Below, piece by piece: positions 49,392 through 62,045 of a stretch of 64,000 bases of DNA. The stretch is from Eledone cirrhosa (Eukaryota): contig OZ024762.1 of NCBI GenBank assembly GCA_964016885.1, forward strand, positions 8,556,001 to 8,620,000, read 5' to 3'. Under the pieces are notes generated by a model. The model had not been told where the DNA came from. It did no database searches and was given only the letters and a program-made list of their open reading frames with translations. The stretch's first letter is position 1. Each line of letters opens with the position of its first letter. The position numbers were made by a program, and so were the translations under genes.

Positions 49392-51529
49392 GATATATAT
49401 TTATTTATGCCCTTCTTTCTGTTGTTTTTTAAACTCTGAACTCAGCATCTTTCTGTTGTTCTCCGGGATTCTAGCAAAGTATAACAATATATATATATAT
49501 ATATATATGGCAGTCAACCTCAGACTCGAAAAAGCCGCCGCTAGTCGTGATCGTTGGGGTTATAATTAGACTAAAGTGCTTCCACTGGGCACCATTAGCT
49601 GGTTGTGATCATTGGAGAATTCCTTCTGCGCTGAAAGAGCCTAGGACTAAAAGATATATATATAGATGTCAAAACGGCAGTAGCACAGCCGTTGGGGTCC
49701 TGAATATTTTCACATCTATATATGCGTGTGTATTCTGCGACATTAATAATTACATAAGCAAGCATATTTGAATAACAAAATTTGAGGTTTAAATACTTTA
49801 TTTTTTACCAATAACATAGAGAAATGCATGAACAACACCACATGTTAATTACTTTAATATTGAAAGTAGGCTTATAAATATTAAAAAAGCAGATTTTTGT
49901 ATCTTTCACGGTGGTCTGGTGGGTGATACCAGAGATGGTGGAGGTCCTGGTTTCGGTTTCAATCCTGGTCATGGGCTACATATAAGGTTTCATTTTTTTT
50001 TTTTTCTTTCTTTCAGTTTTCTTCTTATCTCTAGATATAAATATATATACATAAGGTAATTTGGTAGAATTGTTAGAACATCCGATAGAATTCTTTGCAG
50101 TATTTTTCCAGTTCTTTACTCTGAGTTCAACTTTACCTTTCTTCCATTCAGTCTCGATAAGTCTTGAATATGTCTAACGTAGCAATAACTGGAGCTACTT
50201 AACCAAGTTTTCCCAACCTAGTCGATATCACCTACCGGTTGGCGATTTAAACCGTTGGCAACTAATCAGTTAGATTCGAACTCACTGTCTGACATATATT
50301 TTATACTTTATATTTGAATGAAGTTCTGTAAGTAACCTGGTGGCAATACTGCTCGAATAGATGGTTTCTATTATGAAGTTATAAGTTCATTCCCTTTCCA
50401 GGATTGTAGAATTAATTTTATTTAGTTATTATTTAATCAATTCTTTTAACAAACAAATTATATCTATAAAACGCCAAATATAGTGAGTTCAAATCTGACT
50501 GACATGCATGGTATATATTTATGTTTCATTATACAGCGACACAATACACAGGAACTTATAAAGATATGTATATATTGTCCAGGAGTTTCGAGTTTAGTGG
50601 GAATTGGTACAACTCTCAATTGGAGCTAGTCCCTGCAAGATCAGCATAAATAATGTTATACCTTTTCATGAAATCTTGCATACCCGATATTTTATACATG
50701 ATTATTTAAAGGTGAACAAAAACCAAAGAACATTGTGCAGCATTTCTCAACCTTTCTACCCATGTCGATCTCTTGAAATAGTTTTTATGTCTCAGGGAAA
50801 CCCTGCATAAAATATACTTTTTCTATCTCTAGAGCAGTGGTTCCCAAATCGTGTGCTGCGAGATGAAACAAGATGAGCTGCAAAAGACTAAGATTAAGTT
50901 TTAAGATGTGAAAAATATAAAACTGAAATTTCATATAAAAGTTCAAATATAGCTACAGCCACAAACCTAGGCTCCACACCCCGCAATGCAGAGGAGAGTA
51001 AGATAGTACCGAGGCCTGACTCACCTCTTCCACTCCATTGAGACCTCTGCCATATTTGGTCCCCGTACTGCTGATTTCCTCCATAAAGTCGGGAGGAAAG
51101 ACGGCAGGAGCCTCGTGAGGAAGGGCGACTATTGTAGCAGGTGTCTCTGGCCTTGCTCCGAGGTAACGCTTTTACGTTTCTTCCACGAGTTGCGGCTGAG
51201 GGACCACTTAGACTGGGGTGAAGTGTCTGTCCCTCCCCCGACTTCTTACTTCTTTTTTTTTCTCCTTTTCATTTTCTTTTCTCTTCTTGCTTATCTCTGC
51301 TATACCACGGCATCAAAAACAAATATTGTATATGTATGTATGGTATAGGTGTATTTATATTTAGTTATCGAAGGTAAATAGACTGGTTGGAGAAATAACA
51401 GTCTTATTTATTTATATACATATATATATGTTTGTTCTTGTATTTCCATAGAAAAGGTAAAGAAAAGAAGAGTGCTCTATGTATTGTACAGAGCTATTTA
51501 ATTACATAATAAACAACAGAATGGAAAAC

Positions 51530-53841
51530 ATTCAGACAGAGAAGAATGGATAATGAGCGTCGTAAGAGAAATTGGCCAACAATTAATATTAATGGAAATG
51601 TAGAAGAATTTCATATTAGTGATATGAATGTTTCGTGTGATCACTGTGGAGCTTTGAAATTTAGAAATGAAAATTGTAACTGTTGTAATAAAGGAAAGGT
51701 TGTGTTGCCTCCATTGCAAATATACCCTGAGAGACTGAGAAATCTCTTTGAAAGAGGCCAGGAAGCAGTTGATTTCACAGAAACATCTGCAATTAAAACT
51801 ACATTTATTTCACTTCATTTCGTGTTAAACTTGCCTTACCACCCGGCAGAGGCCCGTATAGCTTTCATATTCAGGGTCAAACATATCACTACACCCCCAC
51901 CTCTGTAACCTGCAGAAAATACACCACAATATGGCCAGTTATATATTATTGATGGGAATGAAGCTGTGTAGCACAGATTGGAAGTACCACCAAATAATTG
52001 TTTCTGGCACAAGGTCAGCAATTACTCCAGTGTATTACTGGTACTTTATTTATCGACCTCATAAGGATGAAAACAAAGTCAACCTTGCAGGGATTTGGAC
52101 CCAGAACGCAATGGGCCATAACCCTATGCTGCAAAGCATGGTGTCTGACGCTCTACCGATACTGCCAATCTACTGCCCTAGTGCCAACAAATAATGACTG
52201 CTCACCACAAAAAATGACTATGATAAGAGAGGTGTTGCATGAATGTAATCCATATGTCGAAGTGTACAATACAATGCATGGCATCAAACAGCAAAGTGCA
52301 AGAAGAGAAAATTGTCGTGTACAGAACTGTGAATTAAGATTTAGAAGAGGATCAGATATGAGCTGCGATAATTTACCAACTAGTAATGATAGCTGTTGTT
52401 TTGTGGGGGATTGACGGCACACCACCTGTACAAAGAGATATTATCATCTTTCCTAAAGACCATCCTCCTCAGAAAATACCACATAATTCATGCCACTTGA
52501 ACCTCATGACCGACCCATAATGGTGAATTTTGGTGGCATAGTGACATGGAGAGGAATGCAGGACCTGTGTTTGCAATAGACTGACAATGCAGGAGTATTA
52601 CATATACTGTATAGCATATAGAGGAGGATTTAGTGCGATATATAGAACAGGTAAATTATTTTAGCAGTATTTAGTGGATGCCTATATGAAAGTAGAGGGA
52701 TGCAGGCTTCAATATTTGAGGAACAATCAAGCCCAATTGTGAGTGGATGAGTATAATGGTTTAATGAATTATCTAAACAGATGATAACACTGAGCCTTAA
52801 GAAATGAAGGCAAGATAAGAAACAGAGAAGACATTGACAGAATCGTGTCAGCAGAAATACCTGCATTGGAAGATGATCCAGTACTACATGAGCAGGTTTA
52901 AAAGTTTATGATCCACGGGCCATGTGGTTCTGGAAACCCTTTTTCCCCATTTATACAAAATGGATTTTTCCAAAAGAACTATCCATAAACCTACAGAAGG
53001 GAAACATTATTGAATCTAAATGGATACCCAGAGTACAGGAACTGCAGTGTAAATTGGATGACATTCAGTAGATAACAGGAAGGTTGTGCCATTTAATGCC
53101 TTTTTGCTTAAGAAATATTGTGCACATATTAATGTTGAAGCTTGCCCTTCTGTAAAAAGTGTCAAGTACCTCTTTAAATATGTTACATGGGGCATGATTG
53201 TACAACTATAGAAGTAACGAATAATGCATTACCTAATAAGGCTCAGAACCAACACAACCATGATGAAATAAGAACCTATCTTTGTTGCAGGTATGTGTCT
53301 CAGCCAGAAGCAGTGTCGTGTCTCTCGGAATTTAAGCTTCATGGTACATCACATACAGTATACAAACTAGACACACACCTGGAGAACAAACAGAGTTTAC
53401 TTTCAAAGAGGCAATGCTCAGGTTGCAGTAGAAATACAGGGACACCGAGACACTACCCTTGCTGCCTGGTTCAAGCTAAATGAACTTCTGAACTTGCTTA
53501 CACCTTCTGGGATGCCGCCTCACAAACTCCAATTAAAAGCAGGATCAATAATAATGCTTCTATGGAATATTTCAATCCAGAACAGATTATGTAATGGCAC
53601 AAGATTAGAAGTAGTGGAACTGCATAAACATTTTATCGAAGCTTCTCATACCTATGGTCCTTTGATGGGCAGGTGTGTTTTGATCCCATGACTGAAGTTA
53701 GCTCCCAGTGGTGCCAACATCCCTTTTACTTTGGAAAGACCCCAGTTTCCATTAAGACTGTCATATGCCATGACAATCAACAAGAACCATGGTCAAATAC
53801 ATGATAAAGTGGGTCTGTTCCTCTCTGAGCAAGTATTTAAC
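51530..53841 (+). mobile_element. Decayed Helitron Rep/helicase with internal deletions and a nested SINE
   Basis: CxxCGALKF..CCNKGKV, GPYSFHIQGQTYH, PQYGQLYIID, YLVDAYMKVE, MIHGPCG, HINVEAC..VKYLFKYV, PPHKLQLK..LCNGTRL, QFPLRLSYAMTINK; many stops and frameshifts. Confidence 0.9.
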
Positions 53842-56164
53842 CCTGTGTGAGATGCACAATGTTGCATGGTAGTGAGACATGGGCAGCAACTGCAGAGGAT
53901 ATGCGAAGGCTGAAGAGAAATGAAGTAAGCATGCTCCATTGGATTTGCAATGTCAATGTGCGTGAAAGACCAAGTATGGACGAGTTGAGAGTGAAACTCT
54001 ATAAGAAGGATAAACTGCAGTGTGCGGGAGAAAAGACTGCGTTGGTATGGCCATGCGATGCGTATGCAGGATTACCGCAGGGTGAAGAAGTGCCAAGTAA
54101 TCCCAGTGGGAGGAATATGCAGTAGAGGAAGACCAAGGAAGATATGGGCAGAGGTAGTGAGAGCTGACCTCAGATCGTTGAAGCTCAGAGGAGATGGTGA
54201 AGGAGAGATGCTGCGCTGAAGAGGATCTGTCCCACCCTTATAAGCAGGGAAAAGTGGATGATATATATATATATATGAGGATGATATATATATATATATG
54301 TCCCACCCTTGCAAACAGGGAAAAGCAGATGTAAAATGAAAATGATGATATATATATAGATAGATAGATAGATATGTATATATATATATATATATGTGAT
54401 GGTGGCTACAGGTGCCAAGAAGAAGAAGCCGGACAATCCTCTGATATTTGTTTATCTTCCTTTCCTTCGTGGGCCGTGGTACCCGGGTTTGTGGCCGAAG
54501 CGACCAGGTTGAAATCAGCCACCGGTGGTTGATATCACCAGGTTAGGAAACCCTGGTTTAGTCGCTCCAGTTATTACTTCGTTAGACATAGTCAGTAATT
54601 GAAATTAAAGCTTAAAGGTGTACTAAAGCCACAAACGTTTTTCTATCTATGAATTATTAGTGGTGTAAACAGATGAATTAAAGTCAAAGCTAACAAATAT
54701 ATCACCAAGAAGAATATCTAAGGATTTCCAAAGTGTAAAGTCAGCTCAAGCCTGGAGACTTATCAAGCAGGTGCCTGTCCCAGTTCCTGTAGCGTAAAGA
54801 GACTGAGAGTACATGACTTCCCCCTGGACATGATATCAGTCCATCGCACGGTTAACCCCCCACCTATGTGAAATGAAGTTTTTGCTCAAGTAAAACAACT
54901 AACAACACAGTCCAGGAATCGAATACACATATGATCGTAAGACCACGGGCCTCCACTATCGAAGGATCTACCCTTCATTAAAGAATAAATTAGACTTATG
55001 CTTACGTCGCCGACATAATTATGGTCGGAAAGGACATTACTGAAAAAAGAATGAACAACTAAAGGAAGACAACAGAAACGGTCCCTCCTATCTGAAATAT
55101 TAAGGAAGGAATCTACACAGAAGGGCCCATCTTCCTACCGAAATAATTATTTTAACAAGCCTACATCCTACTGAGCCCAAGAAAGGGGCCTCATAACTAG
55201 AACAGGCCTCATTTGTCCTAAATACGGAGCTGACTTTACATATAATTATATATATGCATATGTATATATATAGTATGTGTGTATGTGTATGAAGATGTAT
55301 GACCCCTAGCAAGCCAAACTACAGTTACTCCCAAACATGGAGAGCAAATTAAAATATTACCTGTTAGAGACGAACGTGAAATGATTTGTTAGTGAACTAC
55401 CGGTGTAACAGTAATTATGTTACCGGTGTAACTATTTCTGTTTACCTTATTTTTAAATCACACTCCTATATTAGTTTAGTGACCTTTCAATTCAAATAAA
55501 TTCTTGATGATGAGTGAACTCGCATCGGAGTAGCCCAACGCCTTGGCCTCCGCGTGTGTGAGCCACATAAATGCTCTCAACGACATAATGAGAAGAAGCC
55601 TAGACGCAGCTGACTTTCCATCTCAACAGGAGCCAGCAGGCCTAGGCCGCGGAGATGGCAAGCACCCCGAGGGAATCACCCTCTTCCCATTCGAAGGAGG
55701 TAGATCCACAAACCCCAGCATCGCTGCCCGTCTCGCAGATGAACATAAAATAAACAAATTCCGGTGTTTGTCCTGGAGCCTCTTCTATACGCACCAGCCG
55801 CCGTCGAGACCCCAGGTCAACTTGGACCCATTACAGCCGAGCTCCTCCGCAACATCGGAGTGTCTGTGGCCCGTCTGAGGATGGAGTCCCACGAGGTTGG
55901 ATGGTTGTTGCAGCAGGTGTCACTGCCCTTACATATATATACGTAAATGTTCCCTTGACTGCTATTTCTAGCATATATTAATAGACACTTTAGAAACAGC
56001 ACTAAAAATCAGGAAACAACAGTGTGTGTCTGTATATATATACACAGAGAGAAAGAGAGAGAGAGAGATAGAGAGAGAGCGGCCAAAGACACGCACACAC
56101 GCACATACACATACACACAGGTGTATGTCTGCGTGTATGTATATATATGTGTGTGTCTTTGCGT

Positions 56165-56221
<57 letters not shown>

Positions 56222-59200
56222 CAGTGATCCCCCTCGCAACCTTTAATTAAACAAATCTGCTATGAAGCGATAATCAAATTAAACACCAAAATGTAAACAA
56301 CAGCCCATAGGTGCTGCCGGATACACGATAACATGTGTAGACGAAGTAAAACATTTATTACTGTAATATAAAGTAGAAACCCCTTATTTAAACAAAGCTG
56401 CGATGCAGCGATGATCAAAACAAACTTCTCGTAGGTGCTGCCAGATACACGATAACATGTGTATACGAAGTGTATCTGGAAGCTTGGTCGTATTATATCA
56501 CTTTCAAATTGACCCCTATTATATTCAAATTATCCCCTGTGGGGCGTGCACCCCACGTTGAGAATCCCTCATAAATAAATATATGTGAGTGTGTTGCTAT
56601 GACTGTTATTTCTAGCAGGTTTACTGCAGTCCTGTAGACGCACAACAAAAACCGGAAGTGGCAGCCATTAAAAAACTTTGGCTTAAAATCAGGCAAAAGT
56701 TTTTTAACAATTTGCCAAGAAAGATAACTCTTGTCTTACTTAATCGCAAAAATCGAGGCAAAAATTTTGCGTGTGTGCAGTTTGTTTGGTGTATTTGACT
56801 GCTATTTCTAGCATGTATGGACACTTTAGAAATAGCAGCGATAAACGGAAAACAGCAGATAGAAGGACACACACCTATATATATATATATATATTCCAGC
56901 TATACACTCACCCATACATATATATATATATACAGATACATAATTATATATCTATATACGTGTGTGTCCTTCTTTCTTATGTTTTCCGTGTTTCGCTGCT
57001 ATTTCTAAAGTGTCCATATATGCTAGAAAAAGCAGTCAAATACACCAAACAAACTGCACACCCGCAAAATTTTTGCCTCGATTTTTGCGATTAAGTAAGA
57101 CAAGAGTTATCTTTCTTGGCATATTGTTAAAAAACTTTTGCCTGATTTTAAGCCAAAGTTTTTTAATGGCTGCCACTTCCGGTTTTTGGTGTGCGTCTAC
57201 AGGACTGCAGTAAACCTGCTCGAAATAGCAGTCATAGCAACACACTCACATATATTTATTTATGAGGGATTCTCAACGTGGGGTGCACGCATAACAGGGG
57301 ATAATTTGAATATAATAGGGGTCAATTTGAAAGTGATATAATACGACCCAACTCCCTGTTACACTTCGTATACACGTTATCGTGTATCTGGCAGCACCTG
57401 CGAGAAGTTTGTTGACATTTTGGGGTTTGCTTTGATGATCGCTGCATCGCAGCTTTGTTTAAATAAAGGGTTTCTACTTTATATTACAATAATAACACTT
57501 TTACAAGACTCGGATTGTTTTTATATTAAAGGGGGGACATAAACATATTTTAAATGTCGAGGTGGGGCATGGTGCAGAGAAGGTTTTAAACCACTGATAT
57601 ATATTTATTTATGCCCTTCTTTCTGTTGTTTTTTAAACTCTGAACTCAGCATCTTTCTGTTGTTCTCCGGGATTCTAGCAAAGTATAACAATATATATAT
57701 ATATATATATATGGCAGTCAACCTCAGACTCGAAAAAGCCGCCGCTAGTCGTGATCGTTGGGGTTATAATTAGACTAAAGTGCTTCCACTGGGCACCATT
57801 AGCTGGTTGTGATCATTGGAGAATTCCTTCTGCGCTGAAAGAGCCTAGGACTAAAAGATATATATATAGATGTCAAAACGGCAGTAGCACAGCCGTTGGG
57901 GTCCTGAATATTTTCACATCTATATATGCGTGTGTATTCTGCGACATTAATAATTACATAAGCAAGCATATTTGAATAACAAAATTTGAGGTTTAAATAC
58001 TTTATTTTTTACCAATAACATAGAGAAATGCATGAACAACACCACATGTTAATTACTTTAATATTGAAAGTAGGCTTATAAATATTAAAAAAGCAGATTT
58101 TTGTATCTTTCACGGTGGTCTGGTGGGTGATACCAGAGATGGTGGAGGTCCTGGTTTCGGTTTCAATCCTGGTCATGGGCTACATATAAGGTTTCATTTT
58201 TTTTTTTTTCTTTCTTTCAGTTTTCTTCTTATCTCTAGATATAAATATATATACATAAGGTAATTTGGTAGAATTGTTAGAACATCCGATAGAATTCTTT
58301 GCAGTATTTTTCCAGTTCTTTACTCTGAGTTCAACTTTACCTTTCTTCCATTCAGTCTCGATAAGTCTTGAATATGTCTAACGTAGCAATAACTGGAGCT
58401 ACTTAACCAAGTTTTCCCAACCTAGTCGATATCACCTACCGGTTGGCGATTTAAACCGTTGGCAACTAATCAGTTAGATTCGAACTCACTGTCTGACATA
58501 TATTTTATACTTTATATTTGAATGAAGTTCTGTAAGTAACCTGGTGGCAATACTGCTCGAATAGATGGTTTCTATTATGAAGTTATAAGTTCATTCCCTT
58601 TCCAGGATTGTAGAATTAATTTTATTTAGTTATTATTTAATCAATTCTTTTAACAAACAAATTATATCTATAAAACGCCAAATATAGTGAGTTCAAATCT
58701 GACTGACATGCATGGTATATATTTATGTTTCATTATACAGCGACACAATACACAGGAACTTATAAAGATATGTATATATTGTCCAGGAGTTTCGAGTTTA
58801 GTGGGAATTGGTACAACTCTCAATTGGAGCTAGTCCCTGCAAGATCAGCATAAATAATGTTATACCTTTTCATGAAATCTTGCATACCCGATATTTTATA
58901 CATGATTATTTAAAGGTGAACAAAAACCAAAGAACATTGTGCAGCATTTCTCAACCTTTCTACCCATGTCGATCTCTTGAAATAGTTTTTATGTCTCAGG
59001 GAAACCCTGCATAAAATATACTTTTTCTATCTCTAGAGCAGTGGTTCCCAAATCGTGTGCTGCGAGATGAAACAAGATGAGCTGCAAAAGACTAAGATTA
59101 AGTTTTAAGATGTGAAAAATATAAAACTGAAATTTCATATAAAAGTTCAAATATAGCTACAGCCACAAACCTAGGCTCCACACCCCGCAATGCAGAGGAG

Positions 59201-59733
59201 AGTAAGATAGTACCGAGGCCTGACTCACCTCTTCCACTCCATTGAGACCTCTGCCATATTTGGTCCCCGTACTGCTGATTTCCTCCATAAAGTCGGGAGG
59301 AAAGACGGCAGGAGCCTCGTGAGGAAGGGCGACTATTGTAGCAGGTGTCTCTGGCCTTGCTCCGAGGTAACGCTTTTACGTTTCTTCCACGAGTTGCGGC
59401 TGAGGGACCACTTAGACTGGGGTGAAGTGTCTGTCCCTCCCCCGACTTCTTACTTCTTTTTTTTTCTCCTTTTCATTTTCTTTTCTCTTCTTGCTTATCT
59501 CTGCTATACCACGGCATCAAAAACAAATATTGTATATGTATGTATGGTATAGGTGTATTTATATTTAGTTATCGAAGGTAAATAGACTGGTTGGAGAAAT
59601 AACAGTCTTATTTATTTATATACATATATATATGTTTGTTCTTGTATTTCCATAGAAAAGGTAAAGAAAAGAAGAGTGCTCTATGTATTGTACAGAGCTA
59701 TTTAATTACATAATAAACAACAGAATGGAAAAC

Positions 59734-62045
59734 ATTCAGACAGAGAAGAATGGATAATGAGCGTCGTAAGAGAAATTGGCCAACAATTAATATTAATGGA
59801 AATGTAGAAGAATTTCATATTAGTGATATGAATGTTTCGTGTGATCACTGTGGAGCTTTGAAATTTAGAAATGAAAATTGTAACTGTTGTAATAAAGGAA
59901 AGGTTGTGTTGCCTCCATTGCAAATATACCCTGAGAGACTGAGAAATCTCTTTGAAAGAGGCCAGGAAGCAGTTGATTTCACAGAAACATCTGCAATTAA
60001 AACTACATTTATTTCACTTCATTTCGTGTTAAACTTGCCTTACCACCCGGCAGAGGCCCGTATAGCTTTCATATTCAGGGTCAAACATATCACTACACCC
60101 CCACCTCTGTAACCTGCAGAAAATACACCACAATATGGCCAGTTATATATTATTGATGGGAATGAAGCTGTGTAGCACAGATTGGAAGTACCACCAAATA
60201 ATTGTTTCTGGCACAAGGTCAGCAATTACTCCAGTGTATTACTGGTACTTTATTTATCGACCTCATAAGGATGAAAACAAAGTCAACCTTGCAGGGATTT
60301 GGACCCAGAACGCAATGGGCCATAACCCTATGCTGCAAAGCATGGTGTCTGACGCTCTACCGATACTGCCAATCTACTGCCCTAGTGCCAACAAATAATG
60401 ACTGCTCACCACAAAAAATGACTATGATAAGAGAGGTGTTGCATGAATGTAATCCATATGTCGAAGTGTACAATACAATGCATGGCATCAAACAGCAAAG
60501 TGCAAGAAGAGAAAATTGTCGTGTACAGAACTGTGAATTAAGATTTAGAAGAGGATCAGATATGAGCTGCGATAATTTACCAACTAGTAATGATAGCTGT
60601 TGTTTTGTGGGGGATTGACGGCACACCACCTGTACAAAGAGATATTATCATCTTTCCTAAAGACCATCCTCCTCAGAAAATACCACATAATTCATGCCAC
60701 TTGAACCTCATGACCGACCCATAATGGTGAATTTTGGTGGCATAGTGACATGGAGAGGAATGCAGGACCTGTGTTTGCAATAGACTGACAATGCAGGAGT
60801 ATTACATATACTGTATAGCATATAGAGGAGGATTTAGTGCGATATATAGAACAGGTAAATTATTTTAGCAGTATTTAGTGGATGCCTATATGAAAGTAGA
60901 GGGATGCAGGCTTCAATATTTGAGGAACAATCAAGCCCAATTGTGAGTGGATGAGTATAATGGTTTAATGAATTATCTAAACAGATGATAACACTGAGCC
61001 TTAAGAAATGAAGGCAAGATAAGAAACAGAGAAGACATTGACAGAATCGTGTCAGCAGAAATACCTGCATTGGAAGATGATCCAGTACTACATGAGCAGG
61101 TTTAAAAGTTTATGATCCACGGGCCATGTGGTTCTGGAAACCCTTTTTCCCCATTTATACAAAATGGATTTTTCCAAAAGAACTATCCATAAACCTACAG
61201 AAGGGAAACATTATTGAATCTAAATGGATACCCAGAGTACAGGAACTGCAGTGTAAATTGGATGACATTCAGTAGATAACAGGAAGGTTGTGCCATTTAA
61301 TGCCTTTTTGCTTAAGAAATATTGTGCACATATTAATGTTGAAGCTTGCCCTTCTGTAAAAAGTGTCAAGTACCTCTTTAAATATGTTACATGGGGCATG
61401 ATTGTACAACTATAGAAGTAACGAATAATGCATTACCTAATAAGGCTCAGAACCAACACAACCATGATGAAATAAGAACCTATCTTTGTTGCAGGTATGT
61501 GTCTCAGCCAGAAGCAGTGTCGTGTCTCTCGGAATTTAAGCTTCATGGTACATCACATACAGTATACAAACTAGACACACACCTGGAGAACAAACAGAGT
61601 TTACTTTCAAAGAGGCAATGCTCAGGTTGCAGTAGAAATACAGGGACACCGAGACACTACCCTTGCTGCCTGGTTCAAGCTAAATGAACTTCTGAACTTG
61701 CTTACACCTTCTGGGATGCCGCCTCACAAACTCCAATTAAAAGCAGGATCAATAATAATGCTTCTATGGAATATTTCAATCCAGAACAGATTATGTAATG
61801 GCACAAGATTAGAAGTAGTGGAACTGCATAAACATTTTATCGAAGCTTCTCATACCTATGGTCCTTTGATGGGCAGGTGTGTTTTGATCCCATGACTGAA
61901 GTTAGCTCCCAGTGGTGCCAACATCCCTTTTACTTTGGAAAGACCCCAGTTTCCATTAAGACTGTCATATGCCATGACAATCAACAAGAACCATGGTCAA
62001 ATACATGATAAAGTGGGTCTGTTCCTCTCTGAGCAAGTATTTAAC
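59734..62045 (+). mobile_element. Second copy of the decayed Helitron (offset 8204)
   Basis: Identical ORF-track translations at +8204 bp. Confidence 0.9.

Noticed and set aside
50203-54557. hAT-like inverted termini enclosing the Helitron and RTE as one composite transposon
   Set aside because: The ends are similar but diverged and the flanking 8-mers (TACTTAAC vs GTTTAGTC) do not form a target-site duplication; the pairing also spans the duplication junction.
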